Positions 53,905-63,850 are shown, numbered from the stretch's first letter. The stretch: 64,000 nucleotides of DNA from Armatimonadota bacterium (GCA_046292385.1 JBKBRF010000028.1:1-64000), one strand, 5' to 3'. Translations and numbers: made by a program. Notes: a model not told the origin generated them from the letters alone.

Positions 53905-56229
53905 TTACCGCCGGTGGAGCGTGAAGTAGATCCGCTCCGGCGTGAGCGGTAGGTCGTTGACCCAGGCGCCGGCAGCGTCGTGGACGGCGGCCTGGAGCGC
54001 GGCGAGGGTGGGGACGATCACCGGCTCGCCGATGCCTTTGACGCCGAACGGGCCGTTCTCGCTCGGGACCTCCACGTAGCGGTTGCGCAGCACCGGCGTG
54101 TCCATCGGGGTGGGCAGGCGGTAGTCGGAGAGGTGCGTGTTGCGGTTGCGGCCGCCCTGGATCTGCATCTCCTCCATCCAGCCCCAGGAGAGCCCCTGCA
54201 CCGCGCCGCCGTCCATCTGCCCCTCCACCTCGTACGGGTTGACGGCGAGGCCGACGTCGAGCGACTGGTAGAGCTCCAGCGCCTCCATCACGCCGGTGTC
54301 CGGGTCGACCCGCACCTTCACGATCTGGGCGGAGATCACCGGGTGGCTCGGCTCATTGGCGAAGGTGCCGGTGCCGACCAGTGGCCCGCCGATGGTGCGG
54401 AGGGCGACCTGTCCCAGCTCCGCCAGGGTGACGCTGTTCTCCGGATCGTCCTTCACCGCGATGCGGCCGATGCGCCGGCCCTGCTCGCTGGGCCAGACGT
54501 CCTGCACCAGGGAGTCTTCGTCCGCTTCCAGGTGCTCCGCCGCGAGGGCGAGCATCTTGCGGCGCAGGTCTTCCGCGGCGCGCTTGACGGCGTTCCCCAT
54601 GGAGAAGAGGACGACGGAGCCGCCGGAGCCGGTGGCGTAGGGGGCGCTGTCGGTGTCGCCGCGGACCACGCGCACCGCCTCGTACGGCACGCCGGTCACC
54701 TCCGCCGCGATCTGGGCGAAGCCGGTGTCGGTGCCGGTGATGTCCATGGCGCCGGAGAAGACCTTGAGCGTGCCGTCCTCGCCGAGGGAGCAGACGGCGC
54801 TGCCGGGGCCGGCGCCGTTGGTCCACTCGCCCACGGCGACACCCCAGCCTTCGTTCGGACCCTTCCGGCGCTCGCTCCAGCCCGCCAGCTCGGCGGCGGT
54901 CCTCAGCGTCTCCTTGAACGCCACCCGGCGGAGAGGGGCTCGGTCATTGACCCGCTTCTCGCCTTCCTCGACCATGTTCCGGAGGCGGAATTCGACCGGG
55001 TCCATGCCGATCGCGTCGGCGCAGCGGTTGAGGTTCGCCTCGGAGGCGTAGGTGCCCTGCGGCGCCCCGGGGGCGCGGTAGGCGGCGGTGCCCGGCTTGT
55101 TGGTGTAGATGCCGTAGGCGTCCCACTTGACGTTCCGGAAGCCGTAGACGCCGATGATGCGGCTGGTGGCGTGGATGCTGGCGCCGGGGACGTTGCCGCA
55201 GTCCCACAGGCCGACCGCCTGGCGCGCGGTGACGGTGCCGTCCTTCTTCACGCCGGTCTTCACCCAGATCGTGGCGGCGGGGGCGGGACGGCCGTCGAGC
55301 ATCTCCTCTTCGCGGCTGTAGACGATCTTTACCGGGCGGCCGGTCATCTGCGCCAGGAGGACGGCGTAGGGGTGGACCAGGGTGCCGAACTTACCGCCGA
55401 AGCCGCCGCCGATCGTCTGGCCGATCACGTTGATGTCGGACGCGGGGATGCCAAGGCTGCTGGCAACGCCGCTGCGGATGGCGAAGATGCTCTGGGTGCT
55501 GGTCCAGATCGTCACCTTGCCGCTGGCGTCGACCCGCGCCACGCAGGCGTGCGGCTCGATGTAGGTCTGGTGGACGCGCGGGATGCGGTAGACGTCTTCC
55601 AGCACGAAGTCGGCCTCCGCGAAGCCGGCCTCCACGTCGCCTGCTTCGAAATGCGCCTCCTGCGCCACGTTCCCCCAGCGGCCCAGCTCCGCCCACGGGC
55701 TGCCGGGAACGGCGTCGACCGTCTTCGCGTCGTCCCGAAGCCGCGGCGACTCCGGCCGGATGCCCTGCTCCTCCGTATCGACCGGGGCGAGCAGCTCCCA
55801 CTCCACCTCGATCGCGTTCACGCCGTCCCGCGCGATCTCCGGCGAGACAGCGCAGACGCAGGCGATCTTCTCCCCCTCGTAGAGCACCACGTCGGAGGCG
55901 AAGAGACTCTGGGAGAGGCGGAAGCCGTGGACGGTGTCGACCGTCTCCATCGTCCGCTCGCCGCCGAGCGACTCCTCCGTGAGCACCTTGACCACCCCGG
56001 GGATCGCTTCTGCCCGGCGGGTGTCGATCCGCTTGATCCGCGCGTGGCCGTGCGGGCTGTGCAGGAAGGTGGCCCAGAGCTGCCCGGGCAGGTTCACGTC
56101 CGCCGCGTAGCGGGCCGCGCCGGTCACCTTGTCGACGGCGTCGACGCGCGGGACCGGCTTGCCGAGCACGTCGTACTCCGGCGTCTCGTGGGGGGACTGC
56201 GGCTGCGGTCGGTGGAGGAGATCGGTCAT
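53905..56229 (-). CDS. xanthine dehydrogenase/CoxL-family molybdopterin-binding subunit
   Basis: KVTGAARYAAD, SPHGHARI, IGGGFGGK, AYRAPG, GQMDGGAVQG, KGIGEP, LPLTPER. Confidence 0.92.
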   Translation of the reverse strand: MTDLLHRPQPQSPHETPEYDVLGKPVPRVDAVDKVTGAARYAADVNLPGQLWATFLHSPHGHARIKRIDTRRAEAIPGVVKVLTEESLGGERTMETVDTVHGFRLSQSLFASDVVLYEGEKIACVCAVSPEIARDGVNAIEVEWELLAPVDTEEQGIRPESPRLRDDAKTVDAVPGSPWAELGRWGNVAQEAHFEAGDVEAGFAEADFVLEDVYRIPRVHQTYIEPHACVARVDASGKVTIWTSTQSIFAIRSGVASSLGIPASDINVIGQTIGGGFGGKFGTLVHPYAVLLAQMTGRPVKIVYSREEEMLDGRPAPAATIWVKTGVKKDGTVTARQAVGLWDCGNVPGASIHATSRIIGVYGFRNVKWDAYGIYTNKPGTAAYRAPGAPQGTYASEANLNRCADAIGMDPVEFRLRNMVEEGEKRVNDRAPLRRVAFKETLRTAAELAGWSERRKGPNEGWGVAVGEWTNGAGPGSAVCSLGEDGTLKVFSGAMDITGTDTGFAQIAAEVTGVPYEAVRVVRGDTDSAPYATGSGGSVVLFSMGNAVKRAAEDLRRKMLALAAEHLEADEDSLVQDVWPSEQGRRIGRIAVKDDPENSVTLAELGQVALRTIGGPLVGTGTFANEPSHPVISAQIVKVRVDPDTGVMEALELYQSLDVGLAVNPYEVEGQMDGGAVQGLSWGWMEEMQIQGGRNRNTHLSDYRLPTPMDTPVLRNRYVEVPSENGPFGVKGIGEPVIVPTLAALQAAVHDAAGAWVNDLPLTPERIYFTLHRR

Positions 56230-56400
56230 CGCGGGCGCGCTCCTGGTTTCAAAAGGGACACAGGCTATGATACCGCTCCTGCCCCCGCATCTCCTACGTC
56301 GGGCTCGCATGCTTCCGTGCTTCAGCGCGGCGGCGGGTGGGGTAGACCTGCCTGAATGACGGGCGGCCCATGTGACGGCCCCCGGAAGGAGAGACCCGTG

Positions 56401-56622
56401 ATGCTGAGATGGACACGACTGGCACTGCTAGCCGGCATGCTGAGCGCGATGATGATGGCGGCCGGCTGCGACAACAACGAGGTGGGCACGGAAATCGAGC
56501 CGAACGGCCCCGCCGGCGGCAATAACGCCGTGCCGCCGCCGCCGGGTGAGAACCCCCAGGGTCTGCCGCCTGCCGGCGAGAACAGTCCGGGCACCGGCAC
56601 CGCCCCTGCCAATCACCCATAG
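56401..56622 (+). CDS. small Pro/Gly-rich lipoprotein
   Basis: lipobox AAG-C after a hydrophobic stretch; AAGGAG upstream. Confidence 0.6.
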   Translation: MLRWTRLALLAGMLSAMMMAAGCDNNEVGTEIEPNGPAGGNNAVPPPPGENPQGLPPAGENSPGTGTAPANHP

Positions 56623-56754
56623 GCGGGACAGGCAGCGCCAGCCCTGCGTCTCCTGTCCCCCGGCAGTTCCGAATCCCGTGACTTCGGTTTCCGCCGCCCG
56701 CTCCGAGGCAATAGAACGGAGGCCGGCGGGCGCAGTGCCGGCGCGGAGGAAGCT

Positions 56755-57240
56755 ATGCGCGCTACGTGGATTTCGGAGTTCATCGACGGGCTGCATGCCC
56801 TCGAAAGTCGGAACGAGATCGAGCCGCTCCTGGCCTGCTTCGCCGGAGACGCGACCATCTGGAACATCACGCACGCGGAGCCGCGCCGTGGGCCGCAGGC
56901 GCTGCGGGAGTTCTGGGAGACGTACCGGCGGCAGTTCGACCGGATCCGCTCCGACTTCGACCGGATCGTGGAAGGCGAGCGGGACGCGGCCCTGGAGTGG
57001 CACGCGGAGGGAACCCTGCCCTCCGGCTCGCCGATCGCCTACCGCGGGGTGACGATCCTGCGGCAGGGGGACGGCGGCATCGCCGAGTTCGCCGGCTACT
57101 TCGATCCCCGGCCGTTCGAGCTGCACGCGGGGGCGGGGCGGCCAGTCTCGCCGGCGCCTCGCCGGTCCCCGCAGCCGGCGGAGCCGGACGCGGACCTGGC
57201 CGACGAGGAAGAGGCGACCTCCACCCTGAGCTACGGATAA
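56755..57240 (+). CDS. SnoaL/NTF2-like protein
   Basis: LLACFAGDA, GPQALREFW, AALEW, YRGVTIL, YFDP; GGAGG RBS. Confidence 0.85.
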   Translation: MRATWISEFIDGLHALESRNEIEPLLACFAGDATIWNITHAEPRRGPQALREFWETYRRQFDRIRSDFDRIVEGERDAALEWHAEGTLPSGSPIAYRGVTILRQGDGGIAEFAGYFDPRPFELHAGAGRPVSPAPRRSPQPAEPDADLADEEEATSTLSYG

Positions 57241-57342
57241 GAGCCGGTCCGGATCGGCTCTAAAAACCTCGGCCGGCGAGATTGATCCGGGAGCCGGCCG
57301 GGGACACCTCCCATGGTTGCGCTAGCGCACAGAGGAGGGAAG

Positions 57343-57576
57343 ATGAACCGTCTCAACGGGTTAGATTACACGGCCTTCGCACTCGCCATCGTGGGCGCGC
57401 TGAACTGGCTCCTGGTGGGCCTGTTCCGGTTCGACCTGGTGGCCGCGATCTTTGGGGGGCAGGACTCGATGCTGTCCCGGATCGTCTACACGCTGGTGGG
57501 GCTAGCGGGCGTGTATGCGATCTACAGCCTGACGAAGCTGTCGCCCGCCACCGACCGTCACCGCGCGATGCCCTGA
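57343..57576 (+). CDS. DUF378 family membrane protein
   Basis: LAIVGALNWLLVGLFRFDLVAAIFG..SRIVYTLVGLAG; GAGGAGG RBS. Confidence 0.9.
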   Translation: MNRLNGLDYTAFALAIVGALNWLLVGLFRFDLVAAIFGGQDSMLSRIVYTLVGLAGVYAIYSLTKLSPATDRHRAMP

Positions 57577-57593
57577 CCGGGATCGCCTCGACG

Positions 57594-57636
57594 GCGCGAG
57601 GCTCCTTTCGCCTCCGGGCGGGGGGAGCCTCGCGCG
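57594..57636 (+). terminator. hairpin after DUF378
   Basis: GCGCGAGGCTCC ... GGAGCCTCGCGC. Confidence 0.45.
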
Positions 57637-57861
57637 CGTACCGGTGCCGCCGGTGGGTTTTCATGACTCGCCAGAACCTCCGATTCCGGGTTTGTGGCGG
57701 GCGCGGGATGGGCAGGGACTCGGTGGAGCAGTCTGCTCTACCGTGCTTTTTTCCCAGCCTTCGGGCTCGCACCGGGAGGCCGGCGGTGGGCGCATTTACC
57801 ACGCCCTGCCGGAGGGTTTGACTGCCCGATCCAGGCCAGTTTCAGGAGAGGGAGAACCACC

Positions 57862-58914
57862 ATGCGAGACCACGTTTCGACGCCCCGGCGCGCGGCGCCG
57901 TGGGTGCTCACCGCCCTGCTGGCGCTGACCGGCACGACCGACGCCCTCGCCCAGCGCGGACGCGTGGAGGTGCCGGCGAACACCGTCGTCCGGGCCGAGC
58001 TCACCCAGTCGGTGAACAGCCGCTCTGTCCGGCAGGGAGACCGCGTCGTCGCGGAGCTCTCCCGGGACGACACGAGCGACTTCCCCGAGGGGACCCGCTT
58101 CGAGGGAACGATCACGGAAGTTCGCCGGGCCTCGGACGACCGGCCGGCGATTCTGGACATGGAGTTCCGGCGGGCGATCCTGCCGGGCGGACAGACCGTG
58201 AACATCCGGGGGGACCTGGCGAGTCTTTCCGAGGACAACGTCCGCCAGCGGGATGACGGCCGGCTGGAGTCCCGCCGGCGCGGCGGCGGCAGCGGCTTCG
58301 ATTGGAAGTGGGTGGGCTACGGCGCGGGGGGAGGCGCCGTGCTGGGCGAGATCTTCGGAGACAACTTCCTGCGCGGGGCGCTGCTCGGCGGTCTAGGCGG
58401 CGCGATCTACGGCTACCTGAACCGGGATCGCGACCGGGGCGAGTTCCGGGAAGTGGAGCTTCCCCGCGGCACCGAGTTCGGGATCCGGCTCGACCGCCAG
58501 GTGGCATTCAATCCGGGCGCCAACTACGTGGCGAGCCGGGAGCGGAACTGGGAGCGGGTGCTCGGCACGCGGCAGGAGACGGGGAGGAGAGCCTCGCGGC
58601 TCTTTATCGACGATCGTCCGGTGACGTTCCGGGACATGCAGCCGCTCCGCATCAACGGGGGCGCCTACGTGCCCCTCCGTGAGGTGGCGCGAGAGGCAGG
58701 TTGGACCTACCGCCACAGCTACGGCGCCGATGACTTCTCGGTCCGCACACCGCAGGGGGAGGTGAGAGGCTCGGTCGGCGAACGCAGCTTCCGCCGCGGC
58801 GGAAGCAGCATGACCCTGACCGACGCCCCGGTCCTCGTGGGCGACGAGGTGTACGTTCCGGTGGAATTCCTCGGCCGCATTGGAGACCAGCGGGTGCGTT
58901 GGGGGCGTTCGTAG
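57862..58914 (+). CDS. secreted TrbI/VirB10-like beta domain + glycine zipper + copper-amine-oxidase-N (stalk) domain protein
   Basis: VPANTVVRAEL..GD..FEGTI; GAGGGAVLG..GALLGG; INGGAYVPLREV, APVLVGDEVYVPVEF. Confidence 0.75.
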   Translation: MRDHVSTPRRAAPWVLTALLALTGTTDALAQRGRVEVPANTVVRAELTQSVNSRSVRQGDRVVAELSRDDTSDFPEGTRFEGTITEVRRASDDRPAILDMEFRRAILPGGQTVNIRGDLASLSEDNVRQRDDGRLESRRRGGGSGFDWKWVGYGAGGGAVLGEIFGDNFLRGALLGGLGGAIYGYLNRDRDRGEFREVELPRGTEFGIRLDRQVAFNPGANYVASRERNWERVLGTRQETGRRASRLFIDDRPVTFRDMQPLRINGGAYVPLREVAREAGWTYRHSYGADDFSVRTPQGEVRGSVGERSFRRGGSSMTLTDAPVLVGDEVYVPVEFLGRIGDQRVRWGRS

Positions 58915-58921
58915 CGCGGTC

Positions 58922-58957
58922 GGCGCTCCGAAGTAGGGGGCGGTACTTCGGAGCGCC
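58922..58957. terminator. 14-bp hairpin between the paralogs
   Basis: GGCGCTCCGAAGTA / TACTTCGGAGCGCC. Confidence 0.5.
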
Positions 58958-59060
58958 TCCGGTCCGACGCTTACCCGGAGATCGGCGGCACGAGCACCGC
59001 GAGGCTCCACCGGAGGTTCGACAACCCGATCCAGCCAGTTTCAGGAGAGGGAGGACTGAA

Positions 59061-60428
59061 ATGAACGATCAGGCTCAGGCTTTTCGGCGCACGGCGCCGT
59101 GGCTACTCATCGGCGCGCTGGCGCTGGCTGGCGCGGGGGGCGCCATGGCCCAGGCGGAGCGGGTGGAAGTGCCGGCGAACACCGTCCTCCGCGCCGAGCT
59201 GACCCAGCCGCTCAGCAGCCGCACCGCACAGGAGGGGGACCGGGTGGCCGCCGTCCTTTCGGCGACCGACACCAGTGAGCTTCCGGTCGGGACTCGCTTC
59301 GAAGGAACCCTTACCGAAGTCCGGCGGGCCTCGGAGGACCGTCCCGCGGTGCTCGACATGGACTTCCAGCGCGCCATTCTTCCCGACGGGCAAACCCTGA
59401 GCGTGCGCGGCGATCTGGCGAGCCTTTCCGACGAGAACGTCCGCTACCGCGCGGGCGGCCGGGTGGAGGCCCGCCGCGGTAGCGGTGACGGCGGCTTCGA
59501 TTGGAAGTGGGTCGGCTACGGCGCGGGAGGAGGCGCCGTGCTGGGCGAGATCTTCGGCGACAACTTCCTCCGCGGCGCGCTGCTCGGCGGCCTCGGCGGC
59601 GCGATCTACGGCTACCTGAACCGGGACCGCGACCGCGGACAGTACCGGGAGGTGGAGCTCTCTCGCGGCACCGAGCTCGGGATCCGGCTCGACCGGCAAC
59701 TCGCGTTCACTCCCGGTGAGAACTACATCGCCAGCCGGGACCGGGCCGGGGAGCGCGTGCTCGGCTCCCGGCAGGAGACGCGCGGCTCCCGGACGCGGCT
59801 GCTGATCGACGAGCGGGCGGTCGACTTCGGCACGACGCAGCCGCTTCGGATCAACGGCGTTCTCTTCGTGCCCTTGCGCCCGGTCTCGCGCGACGCGGAC
59901 TGGACCCTGCAGCACACCGCGGGGGCGGATGACTTCACGCTTACCACCCCGCGGGGGGAGGTCCGCGCTACCGTCGGCGAGCGCACCATGTCCCAGGGCG
60001 ACAACACCCACACCCTCACCGAGGCGCCGGTGCTGGTGGGCGACGAGGTCTACGTGCCGGTGGAGCTGCTGGGCCGGGTCGACGACCGCCGGATCCGGTG
60101 GGAGCGGCAGAGAGGCGCGGGGACTACGCCCCGCGGAGGCAGCGTGAACGGCGGCACCGGCCGCGTGGCGTTCGACGCGGTGATCCGAGGCCTCGCCGCG
60201 ATCGACTTTACCGACTTTCGGGGGGCGGTGGCCTCGTACGAGATCGTCGATCTGAAGCGGAGCTACAGCCTGGACGAGGCGACGCCGCTGATGCGGCTGA
60301 TCGACCAGAACTCCGGCGCCCGGCGCAACCAGCTCCTCATGACGCGGTTCCTGCGCGACACGCGGCTGATTCGCGACGCGCAGGTGGTGGGCGCGGACCC
60401 GGAGCGGAGGATCATCTACATCTACTGA
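59061..60428 (+). CDS. tandem paralog of 57862-58914 with an extra ~100-aa C-terminal domain
   Basis: identical GFDWKWVGYGAGGGAVLGEIFGDNFLRGALLGGLGGAIYGYLNRDRDRG block. Confidence 0.8.
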   Translation: MNDQAQAFRRTAPWLLIGALALAGAGGAMAQAERVEVPANTVLRAELTQPLSSRTAQEGDRVAAVLSATDTSELPVGTRFEGTLTEVRRASEDRPAVLDMDFQRAILPDGQTLSVRGDLASLSDENVRYRAGGRVEARRGSGDGGFDWKWVGYGAGGGAVLGEIFGDNFLRGALLGGLGGAIYGYLNRDRDRGQYREVELSRGTELGIRLDRQLAFTPGENYIASRDRAGERVLGSRQETRGSRTRLLIDERAVDFGTTQPLRINGVLFVPLRPVSRDADWTLQHTAGADDFTLTTPRGEVRATVGERTMSQGDNTHTLTEAPVLVGDEVYVPVELLGRVDDRRIRWERQRGAGTTPRGGSVNGGTGRVAFDAVIRGLAAIDFTDFRGAVASYEIVDLKRSYSLDEATPLMRLIDQNSGARRNQLLMTRFLRDTRLIRDAQVVGADPERRIIYIY

Positions 60429-60455
60429 GAACCTCGGCCTGGCGGCGTGGGGCCC

Positions 60456-60487
60456 GCCGGCGTGGAGTCTTCCGGCTCCACGCCGGC
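60456..60487. terminator. hairpin between convergent genes
   Basis: GCCGGCGTGGAG / CTCCACGCCGGC. Confidence 0.5.
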
Positions 60488-60498
60488 CGCCTTCGCTT

Positions 60499-61200
60499 TC
60501 AGGCGTCTCCCTCCCCGTTCAGCACCGCCTCCGCCTGCGCGGTGCGGGTGGTGAGCTCACCCCAGGGCAGCTCGACCGCGGCGACGGACCACCCCTCCAT
60601 CTCGAACGCCTCCGCCCCGAAGCCGGCCGCCTCCAGCCGCTGGGCCAGCGCCTTCGCCTTCTCCGCGGTGCCGTGACCCACCACCACCCGGTCCGGCTCG
60701 AGCTGGCCCTCCTCGAAGATCTCCACCGCCGGCACCAGCGCCTGCCCGCAGCCGGGGCACGCCTCGTAGGTGTCGTGGAAGAAGAGCAGGCACTCGGGGC
60801 AGCCGCGGACGTCGTAGTCCTCCTCCGCCTCCGCGATCGCCTCTTCGTCGCCGTCCCGCACCGACTGCGCCGCGGTGACCGCCATCCCGACCAGATCCGC
60901 TCGCGTCCGGTGGACGTCGGCCGGCACCGCCAGCGACCAGAGCAGCGTCTCGTCCGCCATTCCGATCGTGGTAAACGGATACTGGCTCAAGCCCTCTCCA
61001 GGCAGGCGGACCACCGGAATCCCCATCGCCTTGAGGTTGCCTTCCACCACCCGGAGCGGCTGGCCGGCTCCGGTGTAGACCCGCACCCACTCCGCCTGCG
61101 GGACCGCGGCCTCTGCGTCCTGCTCCAGCGGCACGTCGCAGTCCGGGCAGTTCTCCGTCCAGTTGCTGAAAGCGGCGCCGCACTCCGGGCAGTAGGTCAT
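60499..61200 (-). CDS. tandem (double zinc ribbon + DUF2007-like) protein
   Basis: CPEC..CPDC and CPEC..CPGC, each followed by an LxxxGI/F-type module; GGAGGAG RBS. Confidence 0.75.
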   Translation of the reverse strand: MTYCPECGAAFSNWTENCPDCDVPLEQDAEAAVPQAEWVRVYTGAGQPLRVVEGNLKAMGIPVVRLPGEGLSQYPFTTIGMADETLLWSLAVPADVHRTRADLVGMAVTAAQSVRDGDEEAIAEAEEDYDVRGCPECLLFFHDTYEACPGCGQALVPAVEIFEEGQLEPDRVVVGHGTAEKAKALAQRLEAAGFGAEAFEMEGWSVAAVELPWGELTTRTAQAEAVLNGEGDA

Positions 61201-61284
61201 CTCGACTCCTCCGGGAAAAGGGTAGCTCGAGGCTCCGGTCCGGAGCCCCGTGGGATGGTTGGCCGGGAGTGGCGGTCCCACCTC

Positions 61285-61343
61285 GTTAGCAGGTTGCAGG
61301 TTAGCAGGTTGCAGGTTAGCAGGTTGCAGGCTGGCAGGTTGCG
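61285..61343 (-). repeat. AACCTGC heptamer array upstream of the minus-strand gene
   Basis: gttagcaggttgcaggttagcaggttgcaggttagcaggttgcagg on the + strand. Confidence 0.9.
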
Positions 61344-61645
61344 GGTGGCGTGGTGGGTTCAGGGGAAGACCACCAGTAACCAAACCTCCGCCGACGCCAC
61401 CGGCGGCCTCACGGGGGCATCCGGGAAGAACTCACCCCTTTGCGAAAGCAGGAACCGGCGCGAGAGGGAGGCCGAGCAAGCTTGTCACTCCGGCAGTCCC
61501 GCCTGGCTTCGCCCCCGAGTCGAGCGGACGCTACGCCCCGAATGGCTGCCGAACGCGCGCATCGGCACGGGATCGTGCCCTCCGCGGGGAGCGTCAGATC
61601 CTGCCAACACTTCCCGGATGCACCGCTCATGCGTTTAACGCACTG

Positions 61646-62665
61646 CTAATGCGCCAGGGTGCGCCAGGGGGCGGGCTGGCCGGCTTCGCTCCAGAGGGCG
61701 CCGGAGACGGGGAGGAACTCGTCCGGATCGGAGAGGGTGGGCGCCTCGCCGCCCGGCAGTGTCTCCAGCTCCGGGTCGGATTTGGGCGAGCGGGTGATGA
61801 CGACGCGGCCGATCCGGAGGTCCTGCCGGAGGCGGCCGCCGAGCGCGAGGGAGCGGTAGGCGCTCCAGTTGGCGCGCACCGCCACCACCAGCAGCAGCAG
61901 CCCGGTGAGGAGCTGGGTGCCTTCCAACCGGCCTCCGGAGAGCACCAGCACGGTGCCGAGCCAGGCATCCAGCGCCACCGCGAGGAGGAGCGGTCGGAGC
62001 GTGAGGCGGCGGATGTGCCGGCGGAGCTCCTCGGTCTCCGCGGCGGTGAGCTCCCGGTGGTTCAGGTAGACCTCTTCCCCGCTGGTGCGGGCGGGGGAGA
62101 CCCACTCGGCGGCCGTCGCGGCGTATTCCGGCACCTCCGCCACGCGTCGCCGGCGCGCGCGGATCCAGCGCCGCGGCCGCACGCCGTTCGCCTGCAAGAC
62201 GCCGCCGGAGACCGGGAGCACTTCGAGCCACTGCGTCTCCTCGGAGCCGGCTTGCAGCAGCCCCTCCTTGAGGAGCGACTGCAGGCTCTCGTCCGGAGCC
62301 GGGAGGTGCGGGATCACCCCCTCGAAGCGCTGCACCGCCCCCTGCCGGGCGTCGCGGGACAGGGCACGCGCCCAGCGGAGCCAGTCCCGGCCGGCGAGGA
62401 GCAGGAGCGCCATCACGACCAGGCCGACCACCACCACCACGGCCACCAGGCCGGAGGCGACCGGCCGCGAGGCGAGCGGGAGGCCCAGCACGACGAAGGT
62501 GGCGAAGGCGAGCGGGAAGAGAACGAAGGCGAGGGCGCTCCAGAGGTACCGGGCGAACGCGGCGTACCGGATTTCGATCCGCTCCGCCGGCGTGAGGGCG
62601 CGAAACTCCGCCAGACGCAGGCCGGCGCACCAGTCGGTGGCGTCCGGGCTGCGCTCTTCCGCCAT
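61646..62665 (-). CDS. hypothetical membrane protein with an internal duplication
   Basis: two units of RxLTxAE-2TM-D..G.V-E(V/F)LPVSG..W. Confidence 0.7.
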   Translation of the reverse strand: MAEERSPDATDWCAGLRLAEFRALTPAERIEIRYAAFARYLWSALAFVLFPLAFATFVVLGLPLASRPVASGLVAVVVVVGLVVMALLLLAGRDWLRWARALSRDARQGAVQRFEGVIPHLPAPDESLQSLLKEGLLQAGSEETQWLEVLPVSGGVLQANGVRPRRWIRARRRRVAEVPEYAATAAEWVSPARTSGEEVYLNHRELTAAETEELRRHIRRLTLRPLLLAVALDAWLGTVLVLSGGRLEGTQLLTGLLLLVVAVRANWSAYRSLALGGRLRQDLRIGRVVITRSPKSDPELETLPGGEAPTLSDPDEFLPVSGALWSEAGQPAPWRTLAH

Positions 62666-62671
62666 CGGGGG

Positions 62672-63850
62672 CTAGCTCAGGACCGGCAGCCCGACGCGGG
62701 CCGGCGGCCGGGCCCCGGCGGGGAGACCCTCCACGTCCCAGCGGTGGACCACGTTGTAGAGGGCGTCCCGCTCCACCGGCACCCGGCCGGCTTCGCGGAT
62801 CAGCTCCAGCAGCTCGTCCAGCGTGAGCGACTGCCGGTTGCTCCGGTCGATCACGTGGGTGATCTCGTAGTTCATGATCGTGCCGTCGAAGTCGTTCGCG
62901 CCGTACCGCAGGGAGAGCTGCGCTACCGGCGGCGTGATCATCATCCAGAACGCCTTGATGTGCGGGAAGTTGTCCAGCATCAGGCGGGAGATCGCGATCG
63001 TCTTCAGGTCGTCCACCCCGGTGGAGCGCGGCACGTCGGCGAGCTGCGTGTTCTGGGGGTCGAAGGCAAGCGGGATGAAGCTGAGGAAGCCGCCGGTCTC
63101 GTCCTGCAGCTCCCGGAGCCGCACCAGGTGCTCCACCCGTTCCGGCAGCGTCTCGATGTGGCCGTAGAGCATGGTGGCGTTCGACTTGAGCCCCACGGAG
63201 TGCGCCACCCGCGCCGTCTCCAGCCAGTCCCGCCAGTCGAGCTTCTTGTTGTAGAGGATCTCGTGGACGCGCGGGGTCAGCACCTCCGCGCCGCCGCCGG
63301 GGAGCGCGCCCAGCCCGGCTTCCATGAGATCGCGCAGCACCTCTTCCAGCGGCTTCTCCGCCTTGCGAGCGATCTGCTGCAGCTCGATCATGGTGAACGC
63401 CTTCACGGTGGCGTTCGGGCGCTCTTCCTTGATGGCGCGGACGATCTGCAGGTAGTAGGAGTAGGGCAGCCGCGGGTTGATGCCCCCCACCATGTGGATC
63501 TCGGTGATCGGAACGTCGACGTACTCCCGCACGCGGCGGCGGATCGCCTCCACGTCGAGCTCGTACGGGTCCGGTCCGCCCTTCTTCGCGAAGAAGGAGC
63601 AGAACTTGCAGTCCTTGTTGCAGATGTTGGTGTAGTTGACGTGCTGGTTGCGGACGAAGTAGGTGACGTCGCCGTGCCGCGCTTCCCGCACCCAGTTTGC
63701 CATCGCGCCGATGGCGGTCGCCTCGCTGCTCTCGTACAGGCGGACGCCGTCTTCGAAGCTGAGCCGCTCTCCGGCCTGGACCTTTTCCCAGATCGGCGCC
63801 AGCCCCGCGCGCTCGATGTACCGGTCCATAGGGGTCTGCGATCCGCGCAT
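62672..63850 (-). CDS. mqnE: aminofutalosine synthase (radical SAM, CofH/MqnC/MqnE family)
   Basis: NYTNICNKDCKFC, EIHMVGG, VKAFT..E, LPGGGAE, NATMLYGHIE, LQDETGGF, HIKAFW; start may be 63829. Confidence 0.85.
   Translation of the reverse strand: MRGSQTPMDRYIERAGLAPIWEKVQAGERLSFEDGVRLYESSEATAIGAMANWVREARHGDVTYFVRNQHVNYTNICNKDCKFCSFFAKKGGPDPYELDVEAIRRRVREYVDVPITEIHMVGGINPRLPYSYYLQIVRAIKEERPNATVKAFTMIELQQIARKAEKPLEEVLRDLMEAGLGALPGGGAEVLTPRVHEILYNKKLDWRDWLETARVAHSVGLKSNATMLYGHIETLPERVEHLVRLRELQDETGGFLSFIPLAFDPQNTQLADVPRSTGVDDLKTIAISRLMLDNFPHIKAFWMMITPPVAQLSLRYGANDFDGTIMNYEITHVIDRSNRQSLTLDELLELIREAGRVPVERDALYNVVHRWDVEGLPAGARPPARVGLPVLS

Noticed and set aside
61285..61343. Repeat arrays as a possible CRISPR
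   Set aside because: Units are 7-8-nt tandem repeats without unique spacers; no cas genes in the window.
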